From: Macrostomum lignano | Lineage: Eukaryota | Assembly: GCA_002269645.1 (NCBI GenBank) | Contig: NIVC01002482.1 | Span: forward strand, 1 to 64,000 | Direction: 5' to 3' | DNA length: 64,000 nucleotides | Shown: positions 1 through 24,066 of the stretch, piece by piece | How the letters are laid out: every line of letters begins with the position of its first letter | Position numbering within the stretch: position 1 is the first letter of the stretch | The notes under the pieces: model-generated | The model's database searches: none | Told to the model about the DNA's origin: nothing | What the model saw: only the letters and a program-made list of their open reading frames with translations | Made by a program: the position numbers and the translations under genes

Positions 1-71
1 GAGAGCAGTCGAATGTCCAGCATGTTTTACGAGGGCTTGAGTTTTAATAAGCTTCATCGCAATCTTTTCAG

Positions 72-11787
<11,716 letters not shown>

Positions 11788-12442
11788 GTTCGCACTGAAC
11801 ATTCATCATAAATTATATATTTAGCCATATAAGTTACGCTTCTATTAAATACACAATGCGCCGCCACAAAGCTAGCCTTGAGCCATAAACCGCTTCTGCA
11901 TGCCGCCTTGCTGTGCTGCACTCTTCTGAACAAGTTGATTGCCAAAATATGCCTTAACCCCTAGACTGCTACTAGACTTTCTTTTTGACTGACCTTTTTT
12001 CGCTACTACCTACCATAGCACATAGCATCACTCTGCTCTAAGTTTTGTCCATAGGCAGCAGGCATCTTTCATTATAATGAGAGAGTATATTGTACTACAG
12101 GCACTTTGCCTAAGCTACACATAGAAATCTAGAACTTATATGGCTAAATTCCAAGAGTGAAGCACGGGGGTTTAGAACGTGAGGGTGAGCCACCACCATT
12201 GAATATTTTTTGTTTTCTAAAATTTTTGGGCGCTTAATAGAGCTGTGGCTCACTCAATTAGAAAGGGTTCAATGTACTCATGGAAAATGCTTTAAGAGCT
12301 TTAATGTAGCTCGTACTACTCAAAAGGCGCCGTTAACGGGCGCAAATCATTGGTATTAATATTGACATTATCATTGGTGTTAATATATTAATATACAAGC
12401 TAGAAACCGGCTAGAAAACATCTTTCTTACAAAAGCAGCAGC

Positions 12443-12474
<32 letters not shown>

Positions 12475-12959
12475 AAATACACAATACAGTATTACTGTAT
12501 TGTGCAAGTACCAATGCCTCCTTTTCTCCAACTACCCCGACGCCTGTTCCACTGCAAGGTGCAGCATTCCTCACAGCCTCATTATCCAGCGGCGCAGGTA
12601 GGGGGCACACACTTTACCTTTCCCTAACTTCTGATCGTTGGGGAAAAGCAGTTCGCTCGCGTACGCCAGCTTGAAATCGACTGGAAAGCATGTGGCTAGG
12701 AAATAAAAGGCGGAGAATCTTCACGACCCAGTACGTAGCTGGTAGGGTTTTCGCCGCAACTTCGGAAGCCCTCAGATCAACGGCGCGCAGATTGGCATGT
12801 CCAGCGGAGTCTCGGGCCGGTACTCTTACCGGACGCAGAGTAAGCAGCCGCGTGTTGTTACGCTTAAATGCCTGTTTGTACAACTGTTTTTGGTTTTATT
12901 TCGAGCCAGATAAGGTCTAAGGAGCAACCAGTCTAGCTGGGGAAATGGGCTCTAGTTTT

Positions 12960-13260
12960 ATCATGCCAGCTTGGCACACCCTGAGGACGGCGTGACAGGA
13001 TACAGACAGATTTTTGTTTAAGCTTGAATTCATTAGCAGATCTTAAATGGTTTTCATCTTTAAAAGGCCTAAAAAGTCTTTGATGTCAGCCAAAGTGTGG
13101 TGGGCTTTGAAACTATTAGATGTTTGAAGCTTTGGGAGCGACATCCTTTTCTAGGATGATGAGGCCTGGAAGTTGAAGTCGTCGACCGAGCAACAGGTCG
13201 CTTGGATGGACCAGGTCGGCGATACAGTGCCGCGTTGGTGACTCGCTCGTCGGTGCATCA
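12960..13260 (-). mobile_element. Degenerate non-LTR retrotransposon (RTE-like) 3' fragment
   Basis: Minus-strand frames give DERVTNAALYRR and, after a frameshift, RRLQLPGLII. These resemble the post-RT C-terminal motifs of RTE-clade LINEs (DxVxNxxLYxR...RRLxxAGHxxR). Boundaries approximate. Confidence 0.45.
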
Positions 13261-14400
13261 ACTTAATCAAAACAACGATTATAACATAAAACTTTTGTTG
13301 GCAACATTCCTAGTTTTCATCGTCATGGGCCATTTTAAACTAAATAAATTTGCTTAAAAATAGCACACGAATGTGTCGGACGAAGTCTTGAAAGTTTTCT
13401 AAAGCATGGTATCCACAGCATTGAAACTTGTGTCTTAATCCTTCTGAAGTAGTCTGTTGCACAATCTAAAGCTCCGCTGCTAGGCCACAGCTAAGCCCTT
13501 TCTGCACTTCTTCCCTCTCTTCGGTGTTTCACTGCATCGATATAGCAACGATCAGCTTCGGCCTGTCGTACTGCCCCTCTGATTCACCAACCTGTACGTG
13601 TTGCTGTAACTGTACACATGGACTGTACACCTGGGCCAAGCAAAATGGCAAGCGGTAGAAATTACGCAGAAACCTCCTCTGTCTGTGGGGCAAGGAAAAT
13701 TCCAGGATGGCTAAATCTAAAAATGATTCTAAACCCCGCCCTGCACCCCAGTAGTTTTCCTCCCAGGCTCCCCGTCCTTCTCTCGAAAGTCTGACCTGCA
13801 TTTTGGGGATGAGGGGCTGATGTTCCAGCTTTCCGAATGTTCCTCGACCATTTGCGCCGCTGCACCGCGAGACGAGACCCAATGGTGACTTGGCCCTGTC
13901 CCCGCCTGCCTGCCTGAACGACTTGCCTGAACGCAGTGAAAGGGAATGTGTTAGACGCTTAGAAGCATTTTCAGCGGGTCTGAGTGCACTTTGGCCCCAA
14001 ACTGCAGCTCTGACGCAGCTTTATCGCCTTCAGTATCGTATGTCGAAAAATTTCAATCAACAGCACACCTAGGATCAGTCAAACCGGGTGAGCTTTGCAA
14101 CTATCGAATATTCAGACAAAGGGCAGGCAGATTAATACTCTAGAAGGCTAAGGACGTCTTTCAACTGATACAGATGATCTGGTATCCGTGTTTCGTATCC
14201 TTGCGCTGCTCCATATTCTTGCATATTCTTTGCAGATAAAAATTAAGAAAAATAAAAGCAAACCACCCTTCAACTGACCCACAGCCACCGGGGATGACAA
14301 ATCCCGCTCCAGAAGCAGCCGCCTAGAATCTGCCTGTCTATCGCCGACCTCTTCTACCGCCACTTCCACCACGGTACTTCCGCGAGTCAGTCCGGTCGTC

Positions 14401-17400
14401 ATGGCAACAACTCAAGCCGGCAAGCTTGTGCAGGAGATTCACGACGAATTTCTGGTTTGCAAGATCTGCATGAGCCCGTTCAAGACGCCTAAGTGTCTGT
14501 CCTGTCTGCACACATTTTGCGAGGTCTGTATCGAGAACCATATCGCCTCCGAGGCGGCCTACAAGAAGTACTCAGACTATCGAGAGTTCACCTGTCCGCT
14601 GTGCCGGAAGCGGACTCAGCTGCCGGTCGGCGGCGCCAAGAAGCTGCCGGACAATTTCCTCATCTCCAACCTGTCCGACACGATGGACAGGCAGCAGAAG
14701 TCTGGCACGAGTTCGGCCAGCTGCGACATCTGCAAGATGGTCGGCCGGCGGGCCAAGGAGCAGGCCAGCAGCAAGTGCCTGGACTGCAACAAGCTGCTCT
14801 GCCGGGCCTGCGTTGAGCAGCACAAGGAGACAAAGGTGACACGCGACCATGCGATATTTGACGTCGAAACAGAGAAGGACATCATCTGCAAGGACCACCC
14901 GGATGAGGTCGTCCGCTTCTACTGCGAGCCATGCCAAGCCTGTGTGTGCATCATCTGCGCCTTCAACGAGCACAAAGAGCACGAGGTGTCCAACTTCAGC
15001 GAAGCGGTGGTCAAGTACAAGGCCGACATTGAAGCTGTGCTCGCTGACTGCAAGTCGAAGATTGGCGTCTACGAAAAGTACATGGAGCGAGTGAACAGCA
15101 CGGAGAGACAGATCACCGAGGCGGAGAAGAAAATTCGCGAGCTTGCGATCGAGTTTGTCGCTGATGTAAGAGCTTGTGCTAACTCGACATTGAAGCTGCA
15201 TGACCTTTCAGTAGCTCGTAATGTAAATGTTGCAATAATGCATATGAGGATGCAAATTTTCTCCACCTACTTTTACTCCTTGTATTCAATAGAAGCAAAC
15301 GACAAGTGATGACAGACCCAACCATAGACTTTGCATTCCAAGCCAGCCAATCAGTGCTTAGTAACTCATAATTTATCGTCACGTGATGCCTAGCAGAACC
15401 CCTCAGAGTCTGTCCCAGTCCAGCCAATCATTGCCGTCTCAATCGTTTCCCTCACTCCGTCAACAGATTCGTAATCGAGAGAAGCAGCTGATTGACGAGG
15501 TGCACAATCTGTACGGCAAGCAGACCATGGAGGTGATCGGTCGGAAGGCTGAACTGCAGTCGGCCCTGGAGACCTTGAAGAGCACCTGCGCTCTAACTGA
15601 GATTGTTCTGCAAGGCAAGGATATCGAGCTGCTGCTGCTGAAGCGCGAGGTTCAGGATAAACTTTCCTCCCTGTCCATGGCCATGCAAATAGACCTGCCC
15701 AAGACCATGAGCAAGGAGATTCGTTTCCTACCTGGCCACATCGAGCTGGGCTCCATACAGGACATGGACAAGCCAAATGCTAGCAAATTTCGGTCTTGCA
15801 TTATCTCCAATTCCAGGTACAAATGCCTGATTACTATTTTTTGATTTTACGTACATCAGTCTTACATGAGCTCATGTTGTGACCAAACAGCACACGAGCA
15901 GCTTATGGGATCTGTGTTAGAATGAGTAGCGCATTCAGATCTGCAGCTTTAAGGTTTCTTATTTTGCAGTTCCACAGCCTATAGGATTCTCGGTTTGCTG
16001 TTCAGAAATTATAATTACAACAAGTCGGTTTGCCAATCAAGGGAATCTTTCCTGATGTCAGCGGCTGTAGTGACTCGTTCTGACCTAACTTTACAAGTTT
16101 TTATATCTTATCCGGTGGAAAAATCTCTACAGTTTGATTGCACTGTGCAACTGCTGAAAATTAAATTAAAGATGGATTCAGATGCTAAACTGACAGGTTT
16201 ACGAAGTTGGCAGGGTTTTCTTTGTAAATAAACACAGGAACGAATTAGTCCTAGTATAGTAGCTAGAGCTGATGGTCTTCCCGAAAACTCTGTTACTCTG
16301 GTGACCCAAAGTTAAAGTAAATTGCTTGACATTTGTTTGGCTATTGTTTCAGTAGATTTTTAGTCGCTAAAGAACGCAAATAATCACTTTTGTTCCGCCA
16401 CTAATTCCTACTCGTAATTTGAGAAACCGTGCTTACTGCTTCTGATGTAACCACGCTCTGGTCGCGGGATAGGGCATGGGAACTTTTTCGAAAGTGCCTC
16501 CTATCCCGTGCACCCTCTGCACAGAGCTGTCGAGACTCGGCCAGGTCTCCGACCGGGCCTGGAGACTCCCGCTCTGCTGCACCCCTCCTGCTGCCTTGGT
16601 CCCGTCTCTCCTGCCGCCACACCTGCCTTTCCGGAGCCCCTACCCCTTTCTGTACCTCCCCCTCTACCCTATCTCTTCTGTTCCCGCCCTATTCTTCCTG
16701 TACTTTCTCTACCTCCTCCCTTTTTTTTGTCTCCCTCTGCACTCTTTTCCTGCGCTGTCCCCTCTTTCCCTGTGTCTACTTACAGTACTTTGTGTGCTCA
16801 CCGTCTCCCCATCCCCTCTCAAACTCCCAAACGGTGACGCAAGTCGTGTGACCCCTTCTCCCCCTCGGTGACTCATCGATGACTCATCCCCCTCTCTTGC
16901 GCAACCTTTTCTCACGCTATTGTTCTCCTTCCCAAATTTCTCATGTGACACCCACCCCACCTCCGCTTCTATTGTTCTCGTTTTTGCTTCTTTTGTTCTC
17001 TCGACCCCCACCAATTATCACATTTTCTCCGATTTTCTCTTTCTTTTGTTCTCGTTTTCGCACCTAATTATCACCTTTTCTCCAATGTTTACTTTTCCAT
17101 TGTTCTCAGTTTTCCCCAATTATCCCCGATTTCCAATTCCTTTGTTCTCGACCCCAGCCCTATTGTTCTCAATGTTTGCTTGCGCAACACTTTCGCGACC
17201 ACCCGCTGCGCCAATTATCCCCCCACCCCACCTCCGGATTGCGCAATTTCCCGATTTCTCATGTTGCTATGCCGGTCTCATGCTTCTCATCATGACTCAT
17301 TCTGACGTCATTCTGCCGGCAGCCAATCAGAGAGAGGGAGCCATGGTAACGACCTTGAGGAGGCGGCTGTGAGGTCTATAAAAGGAAGCGATTTCGGCAT

Positions 17401-20224
17401 GAGAATACTCAACTGAGTTTATCTCTGTTCCTCTCCTCGTCCTTCTTTGGACTTGCTGTCAGATTGAGTTCTGACCCATTCGTCTATAAGACGAATCCCT
17501 GCCGGCCCGCGGTCTGTTACCGCCAAGTTATCCTTAGCTCCCCAAGTGAGCTCGCCTATCGGCCAGCGGTCTGATACCGCCCAGCATCATCAGCATCGCC
17601 TGATCTACATCAGCGCCTCGTCGCTCCAGCGCATCGCCGCTTCACCGTCTGCCTGACTGCAGCCTACAGCCGCCCTCGGTCACTCCGTCTCTCTCTCTCT
17701 CTGTGCAGCTGCCGGTAAGTTCCTGCTACTAATTTGTGCTCTAATTGCCTTTGCTTATCCGGGGTTTGCCTATTTTCCATTGTCTGATTAGAGAGCTGAG
17801 CCAATTGTGATACCGTATCTTTTGCTGTATTTTACTCAATAGTGAAGCTGCCTAATTGCCTGCTTATTTGCCTATGGGCCTAATTATTAACTATTAACTA
17901 ACTTCATCATTATTCAATCTTTCACCATCATTTCACTCATGGCTTGCTAAGCCTTTCTCCCGGGGTGGCAAAGCATAAGGAAGTTTGGGTAAGCTAATGG
18001 CCTCTCCCCGTGCAAAGCCCGCCTGTGAGTGCGTGCTGCGGGGCCGCGCGTGCGTGCAGTAGAGGGATTAGCGAGTCTTGGCACAGAATGGCAGTAGGAA
18101 GGTTGCAACCCCATGCTAACGCGTCCCTTCGCCCTGAGCAATCTAAACTATAGACAGCACATGTTCGCCTCATACTACTCTTAGTAATCAAAGTCGCAAG
18201 TCAGCCTCGCTCACAGCCACAAAGGATCCCCTGCTGAGAAATCCTCCAGGATTGAGCCCAGAGTTCCCGATCATGCCCCAAGCAGAGTCCCTGTACTCGG
18301 CTGCATGCGTCTCCCCTGTTAGCCTAAATCCCCTGGTAACCAATCCAGGCGGGGCTCTAGCCTCGAGAGGTCTGGTAGAAAGATCCAGGTGCGCCAGGTC
18401 ACATAGAGTGGTGGCAGCCACTCGGTCATACCATGACCGAGTGACCAACTATTGCACCTTGGCTACAGGTGGGGTCCATGTGGGTCCTTGGCCCTCGGGT
18501 CACGAAGCGCTACCAAAGCTACTAATCATGTGGGCGGGACAGTCTGGTGCTGGAGGTCCGTCAGGTCATTGCCCGGTCATAGGCAGCCTACGGTCATTGC
18601 CCCCTCTAGCCATGCGTTCGTCTCTCTACGGAGCGGACAGGCGACAAGGGCGGTTACATCACTTCGCTTAAAAGTTTTGTTTTTAGCAAAGCACTGCGGG
18701 TTGTGGAAAACTTGAGCTTTTCAAAAACATACCCGTATTTTCGAAAAATTTTCCCACCTTTGAAATCAAACTGCAATTTCAGGCGTTCCAGGAATGAAAG
18801 GTAAAGTTTCCTTGATTTTGGTTTTGAGATGCATAGCCAGTTATGTGCAACAAAAGCAAACTCTTCATCTGCAACTTGGAACTTGGACCTAAGTTTCAAG
18901 TTCCTGAATTCTTCAATAAAGAAAAGATACATGTACCACAAATGTACTCCTGACAGCCGACTGAAAAAGAATGAGAAAAGTGGAAATTTTGTCTTATCAC
19001 TCGCTTGCTTGCTAAATGTGCCTTGCCTTTGTAATGTACTGCAGCCTGCTATTGCCGAGCGTGTGCACTAACACAACCGCAACACAAGTGGGAAGAACTT
19101 AGCGTTTAAAGGAGACGTGTAACAGCGAGTATGTAGTCAAAGTGGTGACAATTCTATGAAACTCACGCCCAAACAGCAAACTGGTATGCTGAAATAGATG
19201 CCAACAGTTGAGTCACTTGCTTGAGCTGATTGCCCCCGTGACTGTCTGATTTTACTTTAGCCATTACTTGAGTGCACAGGTCGCAAGCTGCATAGTCCCA
19301 CGGCGAGTCGCCACCTCCCGTAACCCGCCCGCAGCTTCTCCAGCCTGAACAGCATTGACACCGTTGGTCAGGAGGAGCAACCTGAGCTGCAGAGCACCGA
19401 GACTCAAACAGAACCGGTTGAGTTCCTGCTCGAGTCTGTTGACTTCACCCCGACCAGAGATGTTGGCCAGTTTTCCTCCGGGAGTTGCCCAGCAGCTGCT
19501 CAGATGGAGTCCGCATCGACTCAAACTGAGTTCGAGGCTCAATACCGCAGCGGTCGGGATCAACAGACGGCCACGGAGGAGCTGCAGATGGAGGAAAAGG
19601 CTGTGAACACCACTCGGTAGGGTTACTGACTGGCTGTTCTAAATTGCAGGAGGGATGCTAAATATTAGGTAGACTTTTGGGCGCCTCTGTCATCTTTCGG
19701 CCACTCGAAGCACAACAATTAAAAATATTAGGTTGAACTGCTTGAATATTCAAGCTGTAGTAAAGTAGGAAGTGGGGAGAGGAGGGGAGAGGAGAGAAGA
19801 GGAGAGGAGAGGAGAGGAGGGGAGAGGAGAGGAGATTAGAGGAGAGGAGGGGAGAGGAGAGGAAAGGAGAGGAGGGGAGAGGAGAGGAAAGGAGAGGAGG
19901 GGAGAGGAGAAGGGAGGGAAGAGGAGAGAGGGGAGAGAGGAGAGGAGTAGAGAGGAGAGAAGAGACACAAGCCCTGAGCGGGCCGGATTGCTATTGTGAA
20001 GTTTCAAAGGACCCGAGGGCCGGTTAGAGAGGCTTGGCAGGAAGCATGCGCCCCGCGGGCCCGAGCTTGCCGACCCTGAACTGAACACAGCGACTCTCTC
20101 CGTTTCGCACAATTATCACTTTTCCAATTACCCACTGGCAGCCCCAGCCGAGCGCAAGCAGGAGAAGGCGGCGAAGCTGGCAGGCGAAATCGACGAGCAG
20201 AAACAGTCAATGGCCAGCAACAGG

Positions 20225-20256
<32 letters not shown>

Positions 20257-20358
20257 GAGCAGCAATCTGGAGCTCAGAGTGGCTTCATGAGCCGACGGAG
20301 ACGCCGTATGCAGTACGGCATGAGCCTGGATGACGACATGGGCAGCAGTGCGTTATAG
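14401..20358 (+). CDS. TRIM (RBCC) E3 ligase, TRIM2/3/56-like N-terminus: C3HC4 RING, B-box1, B-box2, coiled coil, then disordered TQT-rich and polyQ tail; 537 aa
   Basis: Exons 14401-15165, 15467-15816, 19335-19616, 20142-20358 (TAG); phases 0, 2, 2 are all consistent, total 1614 nt. RING CKIC...CLHTFCEVC...CPLC; B-box1 CDIC...CLDC...LCRAC...H...H; B-box2 CKDH...FYCEPC...VCIIC...H..H. Exons 1-2 are high confidence; exons 3-4 are inferred from phase and splice signals. Confidence 0.88.
17290..17720 (+). promoter_or_regulatory. Putative Pol II promoter plus non-coding first exon (possibly LTR-derived) inside TRIM intron 2
   Basis: TGACTCA 17293-17299, TGACGTCA 17303-17310, CCAAT 17323-17327, TATAAAA 17377-17383, strong donor CCG|GTAAGT at 17715. 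Two more TGACTCA at 16869 and 16880. Confidence 0.5.
19775..19965. repeat. Purine-rich (AGAGG)n low-complexity tract
   Basis: Visible in sequence. Confidence 0.9.
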
Positions 20359-21246
20359 AGACAATTGATGACTAGAAACTTTATCCAAGACAATGGATTG
20401 GTGAAACTGTTACTGCGTATTAACTTTTAGCTAATAGTTTGTGCACGCCTTAATATATTAACCCGCTTCACTTCTCTAGCTAGTTCAATGTTGCTTTTTG
20501 GCTGACAAAAGCAAGACTTCATCAGTGTGGAAACGACAGATTCTATGTACCTAGATAGATGTATCACTCCAGCATTTGTCAATGTATTTAGCGGCCGTCA
20601 CCGATCGAAGGCCCCGAAAACCACGGGGTTAGGGCCACAGACACTATAGCTGCTGCTAATGTCTTGAGAGCAGCAGAAGCTATAGTCTATGGTCATACCT
20701 GGGGGGTTTTCGCGCTGCGCTGCGACCAAAAAGACGCTGGATTAGCCCTGTCTATGTACTTTAGAATGTGTGGTAGAAAAAAGCAACAAAAATGCGATGT
20801 TTATACACTTAATTCGATCTGATTCGGAAAACTTTATGGGCACTATACTAATCTGTTAACTTCAATATTTGAATAGCGCTCTTTTCAGGAAAACCAGCTG
20901 CATGATGCCACATTTTCGGGCCACATTTTTTAGCGGATGCAATCGCTTATTGATTTTTGATGCTCGCTGGGTGTGAAAAACAATAACTGCTATCTTCTTT
21001 AATAAATCCATGTTGCTAGCTAAAATAAGAAACTGAAAACGCCGACATTAGATCAAAATTCTTTAAAATAATTTAATCTGTTTCTATTGCTCATAATTAA
21101 TTAATTATGTGAAAGTACCCAGAACACCCTGTTTTTAATTTCCTGTATTTTTACTGCGAGTACTTCAGATTACTTTCTGGTTAGGAACTAGCAATAGATG
21201 TATGTGCTCAGCCTGTACTGGTGCACCTGGACTGTCTAGGCTAAAA

Positions 21247-21530
21247 GGGGGTTGTAGCCTATAGCGGCTAGAGCGTCGGACTCATGACTTGAAGGTCGGG
21301 GGTTCGATTCCCGATCCCACTGGAACTATTTGTGTCCTTGAGCAAGACACTTAATTTTACATTGCTTCAGTTCACCCAGCATTAGCTGGGGTAATTGAGG
21401 GTGTGTGGCGACCCCCCAGTCCTTGGACTGAACAGCCGTACGCAGCCTTCAGATGCGCGGTGCAATAGCTGCGGCTGAGCTGTCGGTTGCACAACTGGGG
21501 CGGTGTAATCAATTATCATTATTATATTAT
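21247..21530 (+). mobile_element. tRNA-derived CORE-like SINE, copy 2 (internal deletion)
   Basis: Same A/B boxes, CORE-like block and 3' body (ggcgaccccccagtccttggactgaacagccgtacgcagc) as copy 1. Confidence 0.85.
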
Positions 21531-22604
21531 TCAGATATTCAACTTTTTCCAAAATAAAAGAAGCAATACATGTAGAGCATGCAATGTATAACAAGAGTCG
21601 CTTTTTCAATCTTAGCATCGCGCTTTGAGTTCTCATTTTCTCTTCTCAACTCCTAGTAGACTATATTTCTGGATTTTTCTTCTTTATTTTGATTCTGATT
21701 TATGATTAACTACCTGTCACTTGACGCTAATGAGTCTGGAGAAGTTCTGATATCTTCTCCCAAATTTTGACAGTTTTTTACATTATTTTACAATTCTTTT
21801 TGCTAGTCTAGCTGTCACTTTGTAGTGCCAGGATGTCTGGTAGAGGCATTTTAGCCTAGCTTTTCCCCCTGTTTTTATGATTTATGACCTCACCTGTCAA
21901 AGGGTTTGAGAGGTGGCGCGGTGGAAAGGATTTCGGAGTCTGGAGCCAATCAGAATCGAGCTGCATGGTCATCTCGGGCTCGTCCAAACAAAAAATTCGA
22001 GACGCTTGTTATAACAAAAATCAGCCGCTGGAAGACCATTTAAAGGCGGCGGCCATCGAAGTTTATACGAAACTCAATCGAGTGGATCAGGCCTTTGGCT
22101 TGACCGTAATTCGAACATGAAATAAGCATGATATAAGGAAAGAGATTAAAGAGCAAAAAAGCAGCTTATTAATTTATAAATATTTCGATGAAAAGCAAGC
22201 GAATTGAAAAACTATTTACAACTAAAACATCAGGGTAACTTAATACTTTGTCTTTAGTCTCGCCTCTAGCAAGCTAGTAAGATAAGAATTCTAGTTTGTT
22301 AGTTGCCAGCGTTTCTTTTTAGATTTACTAGCGTAAAACTCGGATTTCGATATTTTGTCTACAGGCCAAATGTTTTAAAGTCATCCTTTTTGTGGTCTCA
22401 TCATAGCCTGGGGTTTTAAGTTTTCATTAAATTTTATAATTGTATTCATAAATTCATAATCATAATCATAATATAAATTAATATATTATAATAAATTATA
22501 TTCTATTACTAAGTTCTATCTATCATTTAAATTTTTATTTTGATCATATTCTTTTTGCTTATAGTACTTTCTTCCTATAAACATCCATATACTATACCTA
22601 TAGG

Positions 22605-22790
22605 CAGTAGCGCAACCAGAAATTTTTCAAGGGGGGGGGCAGATTCTGAGGGTAAAGTCCCGGGAGGGGGGGCGGCAGAGGGGTGGCTCTGTTTTTGGCG
22701 CTTGGTCCCCCCTTTGATTTTTTTTCAGTCCCCTACCTAAGGGGGGGGCGACCACCCCCCCCCCCCGCCCCCCCCCTGGTTGCGCCACTG
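22605..22790. mobile_element. Small hAT-type MITE with G/C homopolymer interior
   Basis: TIRs CAGTAGCGCAACCA / TGGTTGCGCCACTG (one mismatch); 8-bp TSD CCTATAGG at 22597-22604 and 22791-22798. Confidence 0.88.
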
Positions 22791-24066
22791 CCTATAGGGA
22801 CTAAATTAATAATCATGGTTGAGAATATGGCTTAAAAAATCCTTAAAAGGTTTATGACTGACTACAAAACTATAAAAATACTACCAAAAAGTTGATAGGC
22901 CTAACTAGTGCATTATTAATATAATACTTTGAAATTTATGACTGAATATATTTAAAGCCCAACTAAGTAATAAAAAAGAAAAAATATTTTGGACTAGCTT
23001 TTAACTTGCATGGAATTACCCTTTATATATTGGATAGCTTCAAGCTTTGAAAATGCATTTTATTCTTAGTCTTGCCTAAGTTATATCATAGAGATATATT
23101 ATCTTTGGACTCTAAATTCCAAATTGGCACCTGGTTTTTTCAAGATAGATATAGATATAATTTTATTTAGGTTTTTTTGCTATTTATATTTCATTTGAAG
23201 CATTAGCAGTTTTATCAATTTTGGGATTCTTCTGATTTTAAGACTATCTATCAATTGCCAAGTTTGAGTAATCTATAAATGTGCAGTCTGCAGACTTCTA
23301 CAATTTCTGTGGGTCAGAGGCTCAATAGTATAAAGGGTATGATAGAGACAGTAATTTAGTTGATTTTGAAAATCTTGACTCATGCCAGCTGGCATTCTGG
23401 TTTTTGATTTGGCATCCCCAATTTGGACCCAGCTTGTTGAAAACATTACTATGGCAAGAATCACTAAAGAGTCATAGAAACAACTGTCTAGTGAGTTTAG
23501 GGACTTTGGAGAATTAACTTTTTAATAACTTCAAACAACTGTAATGCGATGGAGAGGCAACTGTTGATTGAAAAGTGCATCACCAGAGTTGTAGAATTGT
23601 AAGAGTTGCAAGAGTTGTTGCGTTAGCGCTTAGATTTCTACTACCCCAGTAGGTGATTCATTAAGTGACGCATAGGCACTTTAGACGCAACTTAAGCTCA
23701 GTGACTCTACAGCCAATCTAGCATGGCCGCACAGTTGCAGACAATAAAATGCCTCAAATTGACTCTTGTGCGACTCTTTGATGACTTTCTGGCAACTTGT
23801 ACCGTGACATCTTGTTGTTTTTTTAGAGTCGTCTAGACTCGGGCGAAGCAAGTGATTGGTACCAGGTAGACACCCAGGTAGACACTACCTAGAAACGACG
23901 TGAACCTAGGTGTACCGAGGTGTGCCTACCTAGGTAGACACTAGGTAGAACAGTGTTCAAATGTTCTTATGTAACAACTTGAAAATCCAAAATGAGCTTG
24001 CAATCTTATTGTGTCTGCTGTCTCCTATTTTAAGCTAGTGTCCAACGAGCCAACACCGGAGTAACC

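Noticed and set aside
16401-17372. Several overlapping 100-150 aa ORFs
   Set aside because: Pyrimidine-rich low-complexity sequence with no recognisable domain; no gag or pol motifs seen.
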